Shown piece after piece: positions 62,384 through 64,000 of a stretch of 64,000 nt of DNA. Numbering within the stretch: the first letter of the stretch is position 1; each line of letters starts with the position of its first letter. A model generated the notes under the pieces. That model saw only the letters and a list, made by a program, of their open reading frames with translations, ran no database searches and had not been told where the DNA came from. The translations under genes were made by a program, and so were the position numbers. Source of the DNA: Fistulifera solaris. Taxonomy: Eukaryota. Location of the stretch: NCBI GenBank assembly GCA_030295235.1, contig AP026133.1, positions 434,001 through 498,000 of the forward strand, read 5' to 3'.

Positions 62384-63019
62384 TTCTCCTCAATCGGTAT
62401 GATTATTACGATGCCAATTTTTTGACCTACTTAGAAGGTACTTGCTCTCATTATTTTTGTTCAAATTCTGCGTCGCTTTGATTCCATTATTTGTTCATCA
62501 TCACGCAAAGATCCCCACCAGCAAGAAGGGATAAGGTTCGCGTTACGGGGATATTACGGTACGACTTCTCCTTTTCAAAAGGGAACCCTTAAATATCCCT
62601 CATCGTCTGTCCTCATCCAGTCCAGTCGACACCCATGTGACGTCATATACTCCACGTGTAAGAATGTTTTCGCCTCCTTCCTATCCACAAATCGATGTCA
62701 CATTTTACGTTTCCGGTATATAAGATTAACCATCTTTAACGGTTAATCGAAGTTCTTAGGCGTTTGCCTATTTCCGCGTACTGGGTTGCGGTACATGAGA
62801 AATGAGAAATGACAACATTGACAACGCCACGCCACTTCAAACCAAAAAGATGCTTAACCAATAAGTCGTTATCAATCACTTTCAATTTTAACTACGCATA
62901 GAAGTTTGGAAATGAATGCACTAGCTCAGGCCGAGTTCCTTGCTCTCTGACGCTTTTCTTGATTGTTGGAAAGGACGGTTCTAATAAAACATTCACATGC
63001 TTGAAGGCATTCCTTCCGA

Positions 63020-64000
63020 GTGAAAGCACTTGGGTCTACCACTGGTTGTGGTCTACTGCGTTGCCGACATTACATCTCAAAGCAGCTCTTTTTCTGTAAT
63101 CGCCTGGTGCTCACTGATGGTGATAGCTGCATGTATTTGCCGCTCCAACGTGCCATCAAGAGTGGTGTCCTTCCAAACTCTCAGTTCTTTCTCTGCGCGT
63201 GGCACAAAATTGATAGGGGAATGATTGGGAACAAGCTATCAAAGCCAAAACTCTCACATTTATCTGAACTTTTTATCAAATTGTTCAGAAGTGGCTATGG
63301 TCGTGGACGGACAACATCGAGAGCTATCGGGAATACACGGCGCCTCTTGGTCTGTTTTGGCAGTTCCTTGAAATAGAAGAAGTCAAGCGTGGTTTGGGTG
63401 ATGACTTCATTAATAATCTTAAAAAGTACTACAAAACAAGTGTCGAACCATTCCGAAAGGAGATTACGTTTTATCGTCGAATGTCTTTGCGGTGTGGAAA
63501 TGTAAGGACTACAAATTCAGTGGAGACAGAGAATGCTTGTTTAAAGAAATCGGCAGGAGGGGCAAGACCACAGGACAATATTCACAAATCGGCAACCGCT
63601 TTGAATCAAGTACAAAACAATCGCATTGGCGAGAAGAACCGTGACTGTGCCGCTCGAATGGAGATGAGTCCAACGGATGATTTGTACAACATGTTGACTG
63701 GAGTCACGACGCATGCAATAAGTTTGTGTGCAGCTCAATGGGAATCGCGAAATGACTACGGGCGTTTACCAGCACGACAGAGACTGCTTTTTTGTCAAAA
63801 GAAAGGTATACAAAGATTACTCAAGAGAGCTGCTTCGATGACGGAGGTGCGTATTACAAGCACATAGTTCCGCCATTTGCAAGGACTCGCGTTGTCAAGG
63901 TAGTAACTAAGGGATCAAACTACTCATTGAAGTGCAGCTGCAAAGAATGGGAGCGATCAGGATTACCTTGCCGCCATACATGGAGACTGGTTGATCGAAA
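63020..64000 (+). mobile_element. Mutator (MULE) transposase remnant with SWIM zinc finger; frameshifted and running off the window
   Basis: 'LVLTDGD...FFLCAWH' (MULE second Asp plus CxxH), 'TTNSVETEN..LK' (catalytic Glu), and SWIM 'LKCSCKEWERSGLPCRH' at ~63927..63977. Confidence 0.8.

Overview
Gene-dense eukaryotic nuclear DNA, most likely from a diatom. The evidence is short GT-AG introns, bipartite 'ASAF'-type plastid-targeting presequences and diatom-type secreted proteins. There are about 30 genes, dominated by a 16-kb midasin. Others include a plastid trio (pyruvate dehydrogenase E2, FabZ, ketol-acid reductoisomerase), RlmN, an NhaC-family transporter, bestrophin, a mitochondrial carrier, peptide deformylase, OPA3, PET100 and an HMG-box protein. 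A Mutator/SWIM transposase remnant lies at the right edge. Many conserved genes are split by small indels in short homopolymers, which look like uncorrected sequencing errors rather than pseudogenes. The most notable findings are: (1) a predicted plastid-targeted fusion of a TrhO/YceA-type tRNA U34 hydroxylase with a TrmR/CCoAOMT-family O-methyltransferase, a candidate one-polypeptide route to 5-methoxyuridine; (2) a secreted protein with an Arg-rich block, an RxL site, a Ser/Asp-rich block and a GPI-like tail, resembling diatom biosilica proteins; (3) a surface protein with a degenerate CE4 deacetylase domain and five TSP1 repeats; (4) a TIR-bounded non-autonomous element carrying a 34-bp tandem array. 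All family assignments come from motif recognition by eye; no searches were run.
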